Both the position numbers and the translations under genes were made by a program. A DNA stretch of 64,000 bases from an uncultured archaeon (GTDB taxonomy: Archaea; Thermoproteota; Bathyarchaeia; Bathyarchaeales; Bathycorpusculaceae): NCBI GenBank assembly GCA_963782915.1, contig CAWALK010000011.1, forward strand, positions 64,001 to 128,000, given 5' to 3'. The notes below the pieces were generated by a model. It saw only the letters and a list, made by a program, of their open reading frames with translations, did not search any database and was not told the origin of the DNA. Each line of letters opens with the position of its first letter. Positions within the stretch are counted from its first letter, which is position 1. Shown here one piece after another: positions 20,326 to 30,440 of this stretch.

Positions 20326-21948
20326 TTACTCCTCTGCTTTGGCGCTTCGGGGCTTTATCAAATTGTAGATCATGCGCAGGGGCATAGGAGCAATGGAAAT
20401 CTTGCCTTCCTTAGCGTCCTTTATCATAGCAGGTATGTCGCAATCATAGTCTTGCTGGCAAGTCTTGATTAACTTTTTACCCTGCCCAATAGCATAGTTA
20501 AAGACCAAACGTACACCATAGCCCTTGGTTCTGCTCATTGTTGACATGTACTCTTTTAGTAGCACATCACTCCAATCGAGGTTCTGTTCCCAGCATTTCA
20601 AGAATAGCTCGCTTTGTTTGCGTGTTATGTTTTGAATTTGGAAAGATTTTGCTTTATCCTTGAGGCCGCCTTCGCTAACCATGAATAGGGGCACGATTAT
20701 GCTTCTGCAGGGTTTGAGTCGGCTGATCAAGTCGATTGTTAGTTGTGTGTCTTCTTCTGTTTCGCCTGGAAGCCCAATGATGAGCGTAGAGAGGGGAACC
20801 CAGTTGCTTTGGTTTAGGATGTGGAATGCATCCTCTACGACGCGTGGCCACTCTTCGGGGGTAAAGGGTTTGGCTTTGCCTGCCATTAGGTTGCCGATTA
20901 TTTTTGGGCTGCCTGTTTCGATGCCGCATTGCCCACTCATCCAGCGGGGTCCATCTTTGGGTACTTCTAAAATCGCGGATAAGTCCTTGATTAACTCGGG
21001 GGCGCTGGCAACTGAGGATAATGCGAAGTGGCTTATGCCGAGTCCTTTGACGCCTGGGTGATGGTAAACTGTGCTGAATAACTCTTTAACGGCTTCCTGA
21101 TTGACTTCTAAACCATTTGCCTTGTACCGCAGCACGTCTTCGGCGTGGAGTAATGGTTGACGGCCTAACTTTAGGTTTACATCTACCTCTTTTAGGATGC
21201 TTTCAATCGATGCACATCTGAAACGTTGAAGCGTGGGGACACAAAACGCGCATCCTCTACCGCAGCCACGGGCAATCTCAACTATGCCATCAACTGTTCC
21301 ATCGCGAATGCTGGAAATGTCAGTTAATTCCGCAACGGGACCATTAACAACACCTGGCAAGGGGTTACCTTGGGCTGCGTCGTTGCAGAGTTGATAGATG
21401 ACTTTTTCGCCTTCCCCTATAACGGCACAGTCGATACCCAACTCTTTTCGCCTCTCCTCAGGCTCCAGTTGCCAAGCGCCTGCGCCGCCAACGATAATTT
21501 TTGGCTTATACTGCTGCACGGCTGGGTGGTTGAGTATTTCTTTGAATTTGACTGTCATGTAAGCGTCTGGTTTGCCGAATAACTGGGTGAATGTGGATGT
21601 TGCTGGACCTAAGCCTAAGGGGTCGTTTTCGGTTATGCATAGTACTTTTGTGTTTGGGCCTACTACTTTGTCTAGGTGGTCGGGGTGGGCGACGATTATG
21701 TCTTGTTTGTTGATGCCGCTGTCGAGTAGTTTGGCTTCCATTTTTCTGGTTCCGCAGGGCGCAAATTTGGCTGATCCGTCCTTGTTTACCTTAACGGATG
21801 GGCAAAACGCTGCGAAGTATAGGCTGTCTGGGATGATTCCCTGTGGTACGCATGCGCTAAAGCCTAGGAATATGCCTCCGTTGTATTCACTCATAAGTGT
21901 GCGGTCGGCGGTTAGTACGATTTTGTAGCCTTGTTTTGTTTTTTGCAT
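20326..21948 (-). CDS. B12-binding-domain radical SAM protein
   Basis: EIARGCGRGCAFC (CxxxCxxC), KIIVGGAGAWQ…IGEGE, IIGLPGET. Confidence 0.9.
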   Translation of the reverse strand: MQKTKQGYKIVLTADRTLMSEYNGGIFLGFSACVPQGIIPDSLYFAAFCPSVKVNKDGSAKFAPCGTRKMEAKLLDSGINKQDIIVAHPDHLDKVVGPNTKVLCITENDPLGLGPATSTFTQLFGKPDAYMTVKFKEILNHPAVQQYKPKIIVGGAGAWQLEPEERRKELGIDCAVIGEGEKVIYQLCNDAAQGNPLPGVVNGPVAELTDISSIRDGTVDGIVEIARGCGRGCAFCVPTLQRFRCASIESILKEVDVNLKLGRQPLLHAEDVLRYKANGLEVNQEAVKELFSTVYHHPGVKGLGISHFALSSVASAPELIKDLSAILEVPKDGPRWMSGQCGIETGSPKIIGNLMAGKAKPFTPEEWPRVVEDAFHILNQSNWVPLSTLIIGLPGETEEDTQLTIDLISRLKPCRSIIVPLFMVSEGGLKDKAKSFQIQNITRKQSELFLKCWEQNLDWSDVLLKEYMSTMSRTKGYGVRLVFNYAIGQGKKLIKTCQQDYDCDIPAMIKDAKEGKISIAPMPLRMIYNLIKPRSAKAEE

Positions 21949-22113
21949 TGTTTACCCCTCTTGGGTTTGCTTGTTTGCTTTCACTATGCTATTTGTCAAA
22001 TCATTTAAATTCCGATATATATCTATCGTTTTAACCTCCAGCAATCGTTGATGCCCAAAAGAGCCAATCAACCGAACAGTACAAAAAGGCGCTGACTAAA
22101 TCAGATGATTAGT

Positions 22114-22455
22114 TTACTCTTGTTCACTTAACAAATCAGCGATAATCCGCCGCACAGGCAACTTAAACATCCCAGAAATGCTCGAAAGAAAAGTCTTGCC
22201 TTTCTCAGTCAACTCGTAACATCTCAACTGCCGTTTACCCTTCGCGATTAATTCGCTTACTAAGAAACCGTCGATTTCCAGCCGATTCAGAAGCGGATAG
22301 AGGGTGGCAGGTTTTAATCCGTGGCCAGTTAACCGTTTTACTTCTTTGGTGATTTCATATCCATGCATTGGACCTTTAGATATGAGCCAAAGAATGAGTG
22401 GTCTATCAAGTCCTCGCTGAAAGGCTTGGATGGCATCAACCATTGAGTCAACCAT
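22114..22455 (-). CDS. PadR-family transcriptional regulator
   Basis: GPMHGYEI…TLYPLLNRLE…YELTEKG. Confidence 0.9.
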   Translation of the reverse strand: MVDSMVDAIQAFQRGLDRPLILWLISKGPMHGYEITKEVKRLTGHGLKPATLYPLLNRLEIDGFLVSELIAKGKRQLRCYELTEKGKTFLSSISGMFKLPVRRIIADLLSEQE

Positions 22456-22547
22456 CTATATAGTTTATTTTTCGATATATCAACCTTTGCACATTCATAA
22501 AAGACATTATTAGCAACTAGGCACAATCTCCAATTGAGGTAGGGAGG

Positions 22548-22898
22548 ATGGCTGAAGCAGAACGGGAACTAATGCGGTCAACCGTGGCAGGTTTTAGCAG
22601 AGCCATCATTCTGTGGCTTCTCCAAGAAAAACCCATGTCAGGCTACTCACTTGTTAAAGAGCTTGAGCTTTTGATGGGGCAGCATCTCAGTTCGGGAATT
22701 GTGTATCCGCTGCTCTACGAATTGGAGAAGGAGGGCTATATATCGGGTGTTTGGTCACAGCGGGGCAAACGGCGAATAAAACATTATTCTCTCACGCTAA
22801 AAGGCGAAGAGTTGCTCAGTCGGCTGCGTAAACTATTCGAGATGCCCGTTAGAGAAGCGCTAAAAGAATTCATCGCAGAAAAACCCAGCAAACAGTAG
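22548..22898 (+). CDS. PadR-family transcriptional regulator (divergent paralogue)
   Basis: KPMSGYSL…VYPLLYELEKEG…YSLTLKG. Confidence 0.9.
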   Translation: MAEAERELMRSTVAGFSRAIILWLLQEKPMSGYSLVKELELLMGQHLSSGIVYPLLYELEKEGYISGVWSQRGKRRIKHYSLTLKGEELLSRLRKLFEMPVREALKEFIAEKPSKQ

Positions 22899-22900
22899 CT

Positions 22901-23470
22901 CTACTGTGTGAATATGCTTTTCTTTAATGCTAAAGCAACTTCATCCGTAGGCTTGTTTGAGTCAATAACAACCCATTTATTGAATCTTGTAAGTGAGAGG
23001 GCTTTTGAACGGACTTTTTTTAGGGCTGCATAGCTCTCGAACATTTCGATTTCACTACGGTTCTCGCGTATTCGGGCAGCGGCATTTTCGGCTTTGACAT
23101 CTAAGAAGAACATGTACCGCGATTTGGGCACTACAAGCGCAAAGAAATTGTAGCCAACAACATGCAAAGGCGCAGGCAAATAAGCGGTACCCATCAAGTA
23201 CCGAACAAAAACGACATAATCAACTCGTCGCCAAGAGTACAGAAGGATCGAGCGGATAACGTCTATCATGTAACATAGTGCCGAGGCGAAATGGGCGTTT
23301 TTACCCTTAGATAACAGGAAGGCGCGGGCTTTTCTGCCAAACCAGTTATCACTCTCAGGGTGAACTCGAATACACGAAGTTTTTTTCATTCCCTGTAATG
23401 TTTTTAGCAATAGTTGGGCTTGTGTGCTTTTCCCTGAACCGTCTAAACCGTCAATGATTATGAGCGTAAC
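22901..23470 (-). CDS. Thymidylate-kinase-like P-loop kinase
   Basis: Hand translation upstream of the listed ORF gives VTLIIIDGLDGSGKSTQAQ (Walker A) in frame. The frame begins at GTT 23470, right after the TAG of the upstream gene. Confidence 0.8.
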   Translation of the reverse strand, partial: VTLIIIDGLDGSGKSTQAQLLLKTLQGMKKTSCIRVHPESDNWFGRKARAFLLSKGKNAHFASALCYMIDVIRSILLYSWRRVDYVVFVRYLMGTAYLPAPLHVVGYNFFALVVPKSRYMFFLDVKAENAAARIRENRSEIEMFESYAALKKVRSKALSLTRFNKWVVIDSNKPTDEVALALKKSIFTQ

Positions 23471-24196
23471 CTAGATGCCTCCCATCAAAACTAGAAATAC
23501 CAATGCACTCAACAAAGGAACAGCCAAATTATCAAGTCCTTTGGGAGTGAAAGCTTCACAAAGCGTTGCCACTACCGCAGCACCCAAAGAAGCAATGATG
23601 AAACCTGAAGTGGAGAGTGGATAGAGATAGGCAAAGAAAGGTAGACTTGCTAGGAGCCCCAAAAGGCAGACGACAAACATACCAATCGACCCCTCAAGAC
23701 TCTTCTTAGCACACACATCGAATTGATGTCGGCCCCATTTTGACCCAATCAATGAAGCAGCTGCGTCTCCGTAAGCCAAAGGGATGATTCCAGCCGCGAT
23801 GATCCAGGGTTGATTAGAGAAAAAAGCAGCTAAAATTGTGTATGAAATCGCATAAAAAACCAACCCATACGTATGTCCACCGAAAGTAACATCGCCTAAG
23901 CCTGAGAACCGCTGAGTTAAGCCTTTAAATGGAGAACCTGGCGAAACCAGAAAAGTCAACACTATAAAAGGCGACGCAACGAAGAGGGGAAAATTTAGTG
24001 GCATAGTATTGAATGAGAAGAAAGGGATAACAAAGATGAAGTTGCCGATCATAATATGTAAGAACTTTCTGGACAAATTCTTCGGTAGACGATCTTTAAT
24101 TTTTCCGGTAACCAAAATTACTGCTATAATATAGAGATAACTTGAGCCCAGTAATGTCAAATTAGTTAACATTTCAGGGCTCATATGCTCACCCAA
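23471..24196 (-). CDS. SEC59/DGK1/VTE5-family CTP-dependent polyprenol kinase
   Basis: SRKFLHI, YGDAAASLIG, KKSLEGS, GLDNLAVP motifs; multi-TM. Confidence 0.85.
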   Translation of the reverse strand: MGEHMSPEMLTNLTLLGSSYLYIIAVILVTGKIKDRLPKNLSRKFLHIMIGNFIFVIPFFSFNTMPLNFPLFVASPFIVLTFLVSPGSPFKGLTQRFSGLGDVTFGGHTYGLVFYAISYTILAAFFSNQPWIIAAGIIPLAYGDAAASLIGSKWGRHQFDVCAKKSLEGSIGMFVVCLLGLLASLPFFAYLYPLSTSGFIIASLGAAVVATLCEAFTPKGLDNLAVPLLSALVFLVLMGGI

Positions 24197-25034
24197 ACAT
24201 TCCCGCGATAAACGAGAGCAAACCGAAAATGAATAGATAAAGCACTATGCGTTTTATTTTGCGGGCATTCTCCCGAGCAGGGTTCCTAATGAGCGATACT
24301 GAGCACCAAACTAAGCCAATGTCGGTTACTAATACGAAGGGTACAAACCAGATGGATACTATGCCCAGAATCAGAGGAATAGCTGTCAGGCAAACTGCGA
24401 ATATAAAGAAGAATGCTGCACCAAGAGCGGCTTTTACTTCGCCAAACCGGACTGCCATGGTTTTGATGTGATATGAGCGGTCGCCTTGCACGTCTACGAT
24501 GCCTTTTGCGATTTCGCGGCCTGTGTTAGAGAGGAACGCCATAGATGCAAAGAGTATAACGTTTAAGCCAATCTCGTTGGTTGCTACTAAACTACCATAA
24601 AGGAAAGGCGCTGCAACACAAGCGCTGACCAAAAAGTTGCCTGCTAATCCGCTGCGTTTCCCAACCGTGGAGTAAGTAACCATTATTACCCAAGCAACAA
24701 AGGCAAAGATGAAGCAGTTGAGGCTAACGGCGTATGCAGCGACTAATCCTATGACTGTTAAAGCGCCGGTTTCGATTAGGGCTCCTTTTTTGGTTACTGC
24801 ACCGCTTGGAATTGGACGCTGAGGCTCATTGATTTTGTCAATGTCATAATCGTAGTAGTCGTTAACAGCCATTGCTGCCGCTGTTAAAGTAAATGCTGTT
24901 ATGCCGCCGAAGAGCAAGTTTAGCCATTGAATGTTTCCGTTGCCTGCCAACAGTACGCCGACGAGGATTGCGAAACTCATAACTAAGCAATTAATTGGTC
25001 TGATGAGTTTGAGGTAACCGCTAAGTTTTGCCAT
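24189..25034 (-). CDS. Digeranylgeranylglyceryl phosphate synthase (UbiA family)
   Basis: LIRPINC, NDYYDYDIDKINEPQRPIPSG, REIAKGIVDVQGD motifs. Confidence 0.88.
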   Translation of the reverse strand: MAKLSGYLKLIRPINCLVMSFAILVGVLLAGNGNIQWLNLLFGGITAFTLTAAAMAVNDYYDYDIDKINEPQRPIPSGAVTKKGALIETGALTVIGLVAAYAVSLNCFIFAFVAWVIMVTYSTVGKRSGLAGNFLVSACVAAPFLYGSLVATNEIGLNVILFASMAFLSNTGREIAKGIVDVQGDRSYHIKTMAVRFGEVKAALGAAFFFIFAVCLTAIPLILGIVSIWFVPFVLVTDIGLVWCSVSLIRNPARENARKIKRIVLYLFIFGLLSFIAGMFG

Positions 25035-25284
25035 AGGAACAGCCTGTATTGGTACATAATGTAGCGGGTCAACAATTAAAAACTAACCGCCAAATAGCCC
25101 AAAAATTAGGGGTGAATGTGGTTTGCTGGGGCTTGAAGGAAGGGATAAGGGAGAAATGAAACGGGAATAGCCTCAACTTACAACAGGTACCTTCAGGCCC
25201 TCTCAGCCAAATTCAGGATTCCTATAAAGAGGGGAAATTGGTGTTTGTTTTCTGCATTCAGCGGTTGACTGCATACGGGCACTT

Positions 25285-25812
25285 TTAGCTGCTGCTTTTG
25301 TCGATAACGGTTCTTGTAACGACGGTTATCTGCGTAACTTTAGCGTTTGTGACGTCAACGTTGACGGTTGCGTATCCTGAGGTTCCATTCTGCATTGTAA
25401 CTATGGCTGTGGTTGCTTTGGTTGCGATTGTTCCGTCGCCTTCGATTATGTTCTTTACTATGGGGTTGATTGATGTTACGTTGTATCCTTGAGAGATTAG
25501 GCCTGCTATGTCTGTGTCGTTTCCGAGTATGGCGTTCACGTTTGCGGTGTATTCTGAACTGACTTCTATGCCGTACATGCCGTTGCCCATTGATTCCATT
25601 CTTGCGCCGTGTCCTCTGCCGCCGAATCCTTGCTCCGTCATCTGCATGTTAGCTGCGTATTGCGCGTTGGTTGTATCTTGAGTCACCGAATTAGTTGCTT
25701 CAGTTGTGTTTGCTGAGTTCGTATCTGCTAACGCTGTCATTGTTAATCCGCCGATTACTGCTGAAAGTGTCGCCAGCACTGCGAGGCTTATTGCGATGGT
25801 TTTTCGGTCTAT
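25285..25812 (-). CDS. Secreted hypothetical protein (PepSY-like C-terminus), apparent ATA start
   Basis: Signal peptide IDRKTIAISLAVLATLSAVIGGL extends upstream of the listed GTG to ATA 25812, 7 nt after GGAGG. An in-frame TAA lies just upstream. Confidence 0.65.
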   Translation of the reverse strand: MDRKTIAISLAVLATLSAVIGGLTMTALADTNSANTTEATNSVTQDTTNAQYAANMQMTEQGFGGRGHGARMESMGNGMYGIEVSSEYTANVNAILGNDTDIAGLISQGYNVTSINPIVKNIIEGDGTIATKATTAIVTMQNGTSGYATVNVDVTNAKVTQITVVTRTVIDKSSS

Positions 25813-25990
25813 CTTTCCACCTCCTTAACAAATGCAAGTTCGTCAAACGCTTATTAAACAATTTTTCAAAATTAGCCCCATAAATGCACAGATTTACACC
25901 CAAATTAGGCCATAATTAGGCATTCGTCGAAAAAAACAACCGATTGCTGCAGTATTGAAAAATAAAAAAAGATGGAGGAAATGATTAGTT

Positions 25991-28552
25991 TTATGGTCGT
26001 TTTCTTATCATCATCGCTAGTACAGCGCCGACTATTGCAATTGCAACAATTATCGCTATGACGCCTGCGGTGATGTAGAGTTCAGTGGGTGGCAGAATGG
26101 TCTGTGGGATTGGTGATGGTGTTGGTGCTCCTGGGTTGACTGCGAAGAATGTTTCAGTGGATGATGGCCAGTATGATTCGCTGCCGCCGAATGTGGCGAT
26201 TACTGTGTAGGTGCCTGTGATGTCTGGTGTCCATGCAAAACTGTAATGTCCAGTCATGTCGGTTGTTGTGGTTCCGATTTGTCGGAAGTTACCGTTGGCG
26301 TCAATAACGCTTAGGATAACTGGAACACCTGTTGTGTTTGTAGGCTTTGGCTGTTGCATATACACGTATTCCATAAACGGAGTCATACTTTCATCAGATA
26401 CAGCTGGGACTCCATCGGGGAAGCGTGCAACTCTATCAGCGTTTTGGGTTCCCGGAGATTGGTCGGTGACCATGCCTTTTATGAGTACATTGTTACCGTC
26501 TGTGACGACATCGTTTGTTATTGATGCGGTGATGGCTGTTTGTCCTTTACCGAAGGTGTATATCTGGTTGTCATAGCTGTTCCATTCGACTAGGAATCCG
26601 TCTGCGATTGCAGCTGGGCTTCTACCGCTGAAGCTGGATATGCTCCAGACCAGTGAACCGTCAGTGCAGTTTATTGCTAAGCGTTGTGCATTGGGGAATA
26701 GGGGTGGGTTGTACATGTGTGATTCTGAGAGGAATATTTTGCCGTCAGCGATGCTCTGTGTTCCGAAGACCCAAAGTGGATAGACACCGTATGGTGTGTT
26801 GTATCCAGAACTTCTTGGTGTGTATGTCCAGTTGATTGCGCCTGTTTTTAGGTTAACTGCGTTGACATAGCCACCGAAGTCCCAAACGTAGACGTTGCCG
26901 TATGCAATGTCACCTGCGACTGTTAGACCACTTAGGGCGTTTCCTGGAAGCGCAGTTGGTCCCCATAGTTTGTTTCCGTTGCTAAGAGAGTAGCCGTAAA
27001 CTTCGTGGGTATCTTTGTTGAGTAAAACATAGACACCTTCATTGGCTGAAAGTAGACTCATATCGCCATATAGTGGTAGCGATTGGTTGATTGGCCCCCA
27101 AAGCTTTTCTCCTGTATGTGCGTTATATGCGCATTCAATAGCATATCCTGCAGAAGTCTGTGTAACAAGGTTTGGTGCTTGGCGTAGGAGTATTATGTCT
27201 TCGGTTCTTGCAGCGACACTCAAAGAGATTGGGTTACCCGAGATGTTGGTTGGAACTGTTACTGACCATTGGATACCGGTTGGGAAGTTCATCGTTGTTG
27301 GTGGGCGGAGAATTTCTGAGGCTAATACGCCGTTGCCCATGCATAGCGTCGAGTTCCACATGTTAAGCTTACCTCCACTTATGTAGTAGCCAAGTAGGGT
27401 TCCTACGTTTTCATGTGTTGGGTCAATGTCCATTATGTAAGCCATGTCGGTTGAAACGTTGGCGATTATACCCATGTATGCGCCAGTTGATGGTTCATAT
27501 AGTCGGTATGTTGCTGCACCGCCGAACATTCCACCGCCAACTATGCTGTAGAGGAATGAGGTTGTTCCGTATTCTTGCATTGAGTGGAACTTTAGGTTCT
27601 GCCCCATTCTTAGTTTCTCGAATGAAACTGCGCTTGCATTTGCGGTTATGCCGGGTTGAGATGTCCACAATGTTTGTCCTGTACGTAAGTCAACTGCGTT
27701 CCAGCTTGTCACTTGAGAGTTGATGCCTGCCATGTCACCGTAATAGAGTACGCCGTCGAGGATTATTGGCTCAAAGTAGTTAATGAGTATGGATGAAGAT
27801 GTGAATTGGCTCTCTTGGTCAGCTGGGATTGGTCCGCCAACTTGGCCTCCGAAGGCCGTTGGCTTTGACCACATAATGTGTGCAGTGTTTGGTGCGGGGC
27901 TGTATGGGTTGAAGTTTCCTGTTGCATCGTACATGCCAGTGGTTGCAAATGATGGAATGGCAAGTCCGAACCAACTTCCAGCAAGCTCAGCCCATGCATA
28001 GTTCTGTGCATTAATTGGACGAGACCAATATTCAGTTGGAAGAGCTGGACTGGAGTATAACGGTATTTTTTCGTCTTGTACTAGTAGTGTTTCAGGGTCG
28101 CTTTCTGAGGGTAATTCGCGAACATTCGAGTAGTCTACGCCGGGTCCAAACATGCTAGCGGCACTTTTGGTTAAGTTTTGTCCTGGATAATATGCTTTGA
28201 TTGTGTAGTTGCCGGTTTTTTCAGGTGTGAATAAAACTGCGGCTATGCCGCCTGTAGTATCAGCGGTATATGGTCCCAAAGTGGTTATTTGTCCGTCTGG
28301 GTCAGTGATTTTTATGGTGATGCCTTTGTATAGGTCACCTGTGCCACCCATGCCTGCTGTGGCTGTTGGTTTTGTCATGAAAGCGCTAATGTATACGTCT
28401 TGACCGACGCCTACTGGGTCGGGTTCAGTATGTGTTTTCAGATAAGTGGGTATGTCTAGTGCTTGAGCGTTCATTGTAGTTGCTAGACTTATCACAGATA
28501 CTGTTAAAAGCAGTATGAAAGCGATTGATGCTATCTTTTTTGTTTTTATCAT
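25991..28552 (-). CDS. PQQ-binding-like beta-propeller surface protein (intact paralogue)
   Basis: 853 aa, signal peptide, LPTEYWSRPI, APNTAHIMW, AVNLKTGAINW, C-terminal TM ending RKRP. Confidence 0.9.
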   Translation of the reverse strand: MIKTKKIASIAFILLLTVSVISLATTMNAQALDIPTYLKTHTEPDPVGVGQDVYISAFMTKPTATAGMGGTGDLYKGITIKITDPDGQITTLGPYTADTTGGIAAVLFTPEKTGNYTIKAYYPGQNLTKSAASMFGPGVDYSNVRELPSESDPETLLVQDEKIPLYSSPALPTEYWSRPINAQNYAWAELAGSWFGLAIPSFATTGMYDATGNFNPYSPAPNTAHIMWSKPTAFGGQVGGPIPADQESQFTSSSILINYFEPIILDGVLYYGDMAGINSQVTSWNAVDLRTGQTLWTSQPGITANASAVSFEKLRMGQNLKFHSMQEYGTTSFLYSIVGGGMFGGAATYRLYEPSTGAYMGIIANVSTDMAYIMDIDPTHENVGTLLGYYISGGKLNMWNSTLCMGNGVLASEILRPPTTMNFPTGIQWSVTVPTNISGNPISLSVAARTEDIILLRQAPNLVTQTSAGYAIECAYNAHTGEKLWGPINQSLPLYGDMSLLSANEGVYVLLNKDTHEVYGYSLSNGNKLWGPTALPGNALSGLTVAGDIAYGNVYVWDFGGYVNAVNLKTGAINWTYTPRSSGYNTPYGVYPLWVFGTQSIADGKIFLSESHMYNPPLFPNAQRLAINCTDGSLVWSISSFSGRSPAAIADGFLVEWNSYDNQIYTFGKGQTAITASITNDVVTDGNNVLIKGMVTDQSPGTQNADRVARFPDGVPAVSDESMTPFMEYVYMQQPKPTNTTGVPVILSVIDANGNFRQIGTTTTDMTGHYSFAWTPDITGTYTVIATFGGSESYWPSSTETFFAVNPGAPTPSPIPQTILPPTELYITAGVIAIIVAIAIVGAVLAMMIRKRP

Positions 28553-29046
28553 TTTTCTTTTCCTCTTGTTTAGTTGGGCAAAAGCAGAGCTAACGCTAAC
28601 CGATCATATGCTAAATAGCAAATAGCGCTAACTAGCAAGTTATAGGCTAATCAGCCAAGCCCCTGCCCAATAATTTGTTGTATTCAACCGTTTAGTTTAT
28701 AAGTTTTATTCAAAAAAATCGAGATGAAAAGAATGTAAAATATTCATTTACAAAGCCTTACCTTTTTTTCAAAGACTCTTAATATTCGCTAAAATAGCCA
28801 GCACAATGCTAAGATAAAAGACAGACAGAGGAACAAAACAGCGGTAGTAAGGAAACAAAAGAAGGTACGTTTATTTTTTCTAAATTATCAAATCCATCAA
28901 TTATTTGCCTTATCGTTAACCAAGTATCCCTAACCATCGTCGATTATCAAGGATTGTGCTTAATGATTACATCCGATAGAGAAACTTAAAAAGCAAGTAT
29001 TTTTAAAACAGTACAGTTACTTAAAAGGAGAACGGAGGTCATAGCG

Positions 29047-30011
29047 ATAAATATAGACGAGACCGATGCAAAAATCATAACAAGCCTCCTTGCCAGCGCC
29101 AGAAAAAGCTTTGTTGAAATAGCTGCTGAAACCAATTTATCCACCGTATCCATAGGCGACCGTTTCTCTGAATTAGAGAAGAACGGAATAATTACGGGCT
29201 CCACAATTCAAATAAATCAACGGTCTTTAGGACGTAACACAATCTGCAGCATACAAATCACTGTTGACAAAAAAGGGATCGACCAAGTCATTAATTATAT
29301 CCGAACATTATCGCAAGAAGTTCCGTTTATTTTCGCAGATCCAAAGAATAACATCAATTTAATTGTGGGCTGCGGAGATATCGACGAAGTATCAAATCTA
29401 AAGGATGCTATCAGAAAAAACAAGTTTGTGCTCGATTTAAAAGTTGAAACTTGGATAGGCGTAAAAAATATGCCGGAGAACCTGGAACTATCCAAAGCAA
29501 ACACATCAGAAAATGCCATTTAAGTCAATCTGTGGAAAATCAAAAACCTGATTTAGAGTTGGACAGCATCGATTTACAAATAATCGATAAATTGACAAAA
29601 AGCAGTATGCAACCATTCAGCAACATAGCCAAAGAAATCGGCACCTCAATTAACACTGTATCAAGAAAATATAGAAATCTCGTTAACAACCGAATAATAA
29701 GACCAGTACTCCAGATAAACCCAAAAAAACTCGGCTATAATGCAATGCTAACTTTCGCTTTGTCACTTGCTTCCCAAAGTGATATGGCTTCAATCATCGA
29801 TGCCGTGATGGGTATAAAGGATACTTTTCTTATCACCAAAACAAACGGTAATTTTGATCTGCTCCTCCAAGTTTTTGTCAGGGACATCGATCAGTTACTA
29901 TTAACTCAATATCAAGTTGCAAACATCCCCGGGATATCTACCATCGAAATTTTGGTTCACCCCATTCCCCCGCAATGGCCGCTACCGGGAGAATACATAT
30001 CCACCTTTTAG
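29047..30011 (+). CDS. Tandem Lrp/AsnC-family regulator (frameshift near 29520, apparent ATA start)
   Basis: Hand translation: (I)NIDETDAKIITSLLASARKSFVEIA…ELEKNGIITG (29047-29523), then LDSIDLQIIDKL…PFSNIAKEIG in the next frame. Confidence 0.8.
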
Positions 30012-30057
30012 TATTGGCCACATTTCTGTGCTGTGCTAGAAAGAGATTTAACTTTTC

Positions 30058-30294
30058 ATGAATTATTATCAGGTTATGGGAAAATGCACTAGAACCGTTG
30101 GCGAACGCCGCCTCGGCAGAACCATCTACAAACTGGGCAACAGTGTGGAGCTTAGCAGCAAAGAAGGCAAAGCCAAAGTAGCCGAGCAAACATACAAAAA
30201 AGAAACTAAGACTGCGAACGGCTCAGTTGAAGATTCACCAGTCCAGAACCTACGTGACCAATCGAAGTGGAAAAAACCCCAAGCTAAAGAATAA
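30058..30294 (+). CDS. Small basic hypothetical protein
   Basis: 78-aa ORF filling an intergenic space; no motif recognised. Confidence 0.4.
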   Translation: MNYYQVMGKCTRTVGERRLGRTIYKLGNSVELSSKEGKAKVAEQTYKKETKTANGSVEDSPVQNLRDQSKWKKPQAKE

Positions 30295-30373
30295 TTCGCG
30301 GTAACTATTTCTTATCATGCTTGCATCGGAGCCGCCGAAGTAAATAGTTCAGCTCTCGGGGGCAAATCGCGGC

Positions 30374-30440
30374 TATATATAATGGGAGAGGGGTCTTGGC
30401 AGAGCAACAGAAGTCTACCTATTTATTCTTTAAATAAGGG
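30374..30440 (+). repeat. Dispersed intergenic motif, copy 2
   Basis: TATATATAATGGGAGAGGGGTCTTGGCAGAGCAACAG…CTTTAAATAAGGG. Confidence 0.65.

Noticed and set aside
25160-25225. TPP-riboswitch-like GCTGAGA…ACCTG on the minus strand upstream of DGGGP synthase
   Set aside because: It lacks the CCTGAT…TAATGCC…GCGxAGGGA half and has no thiamine-related context.
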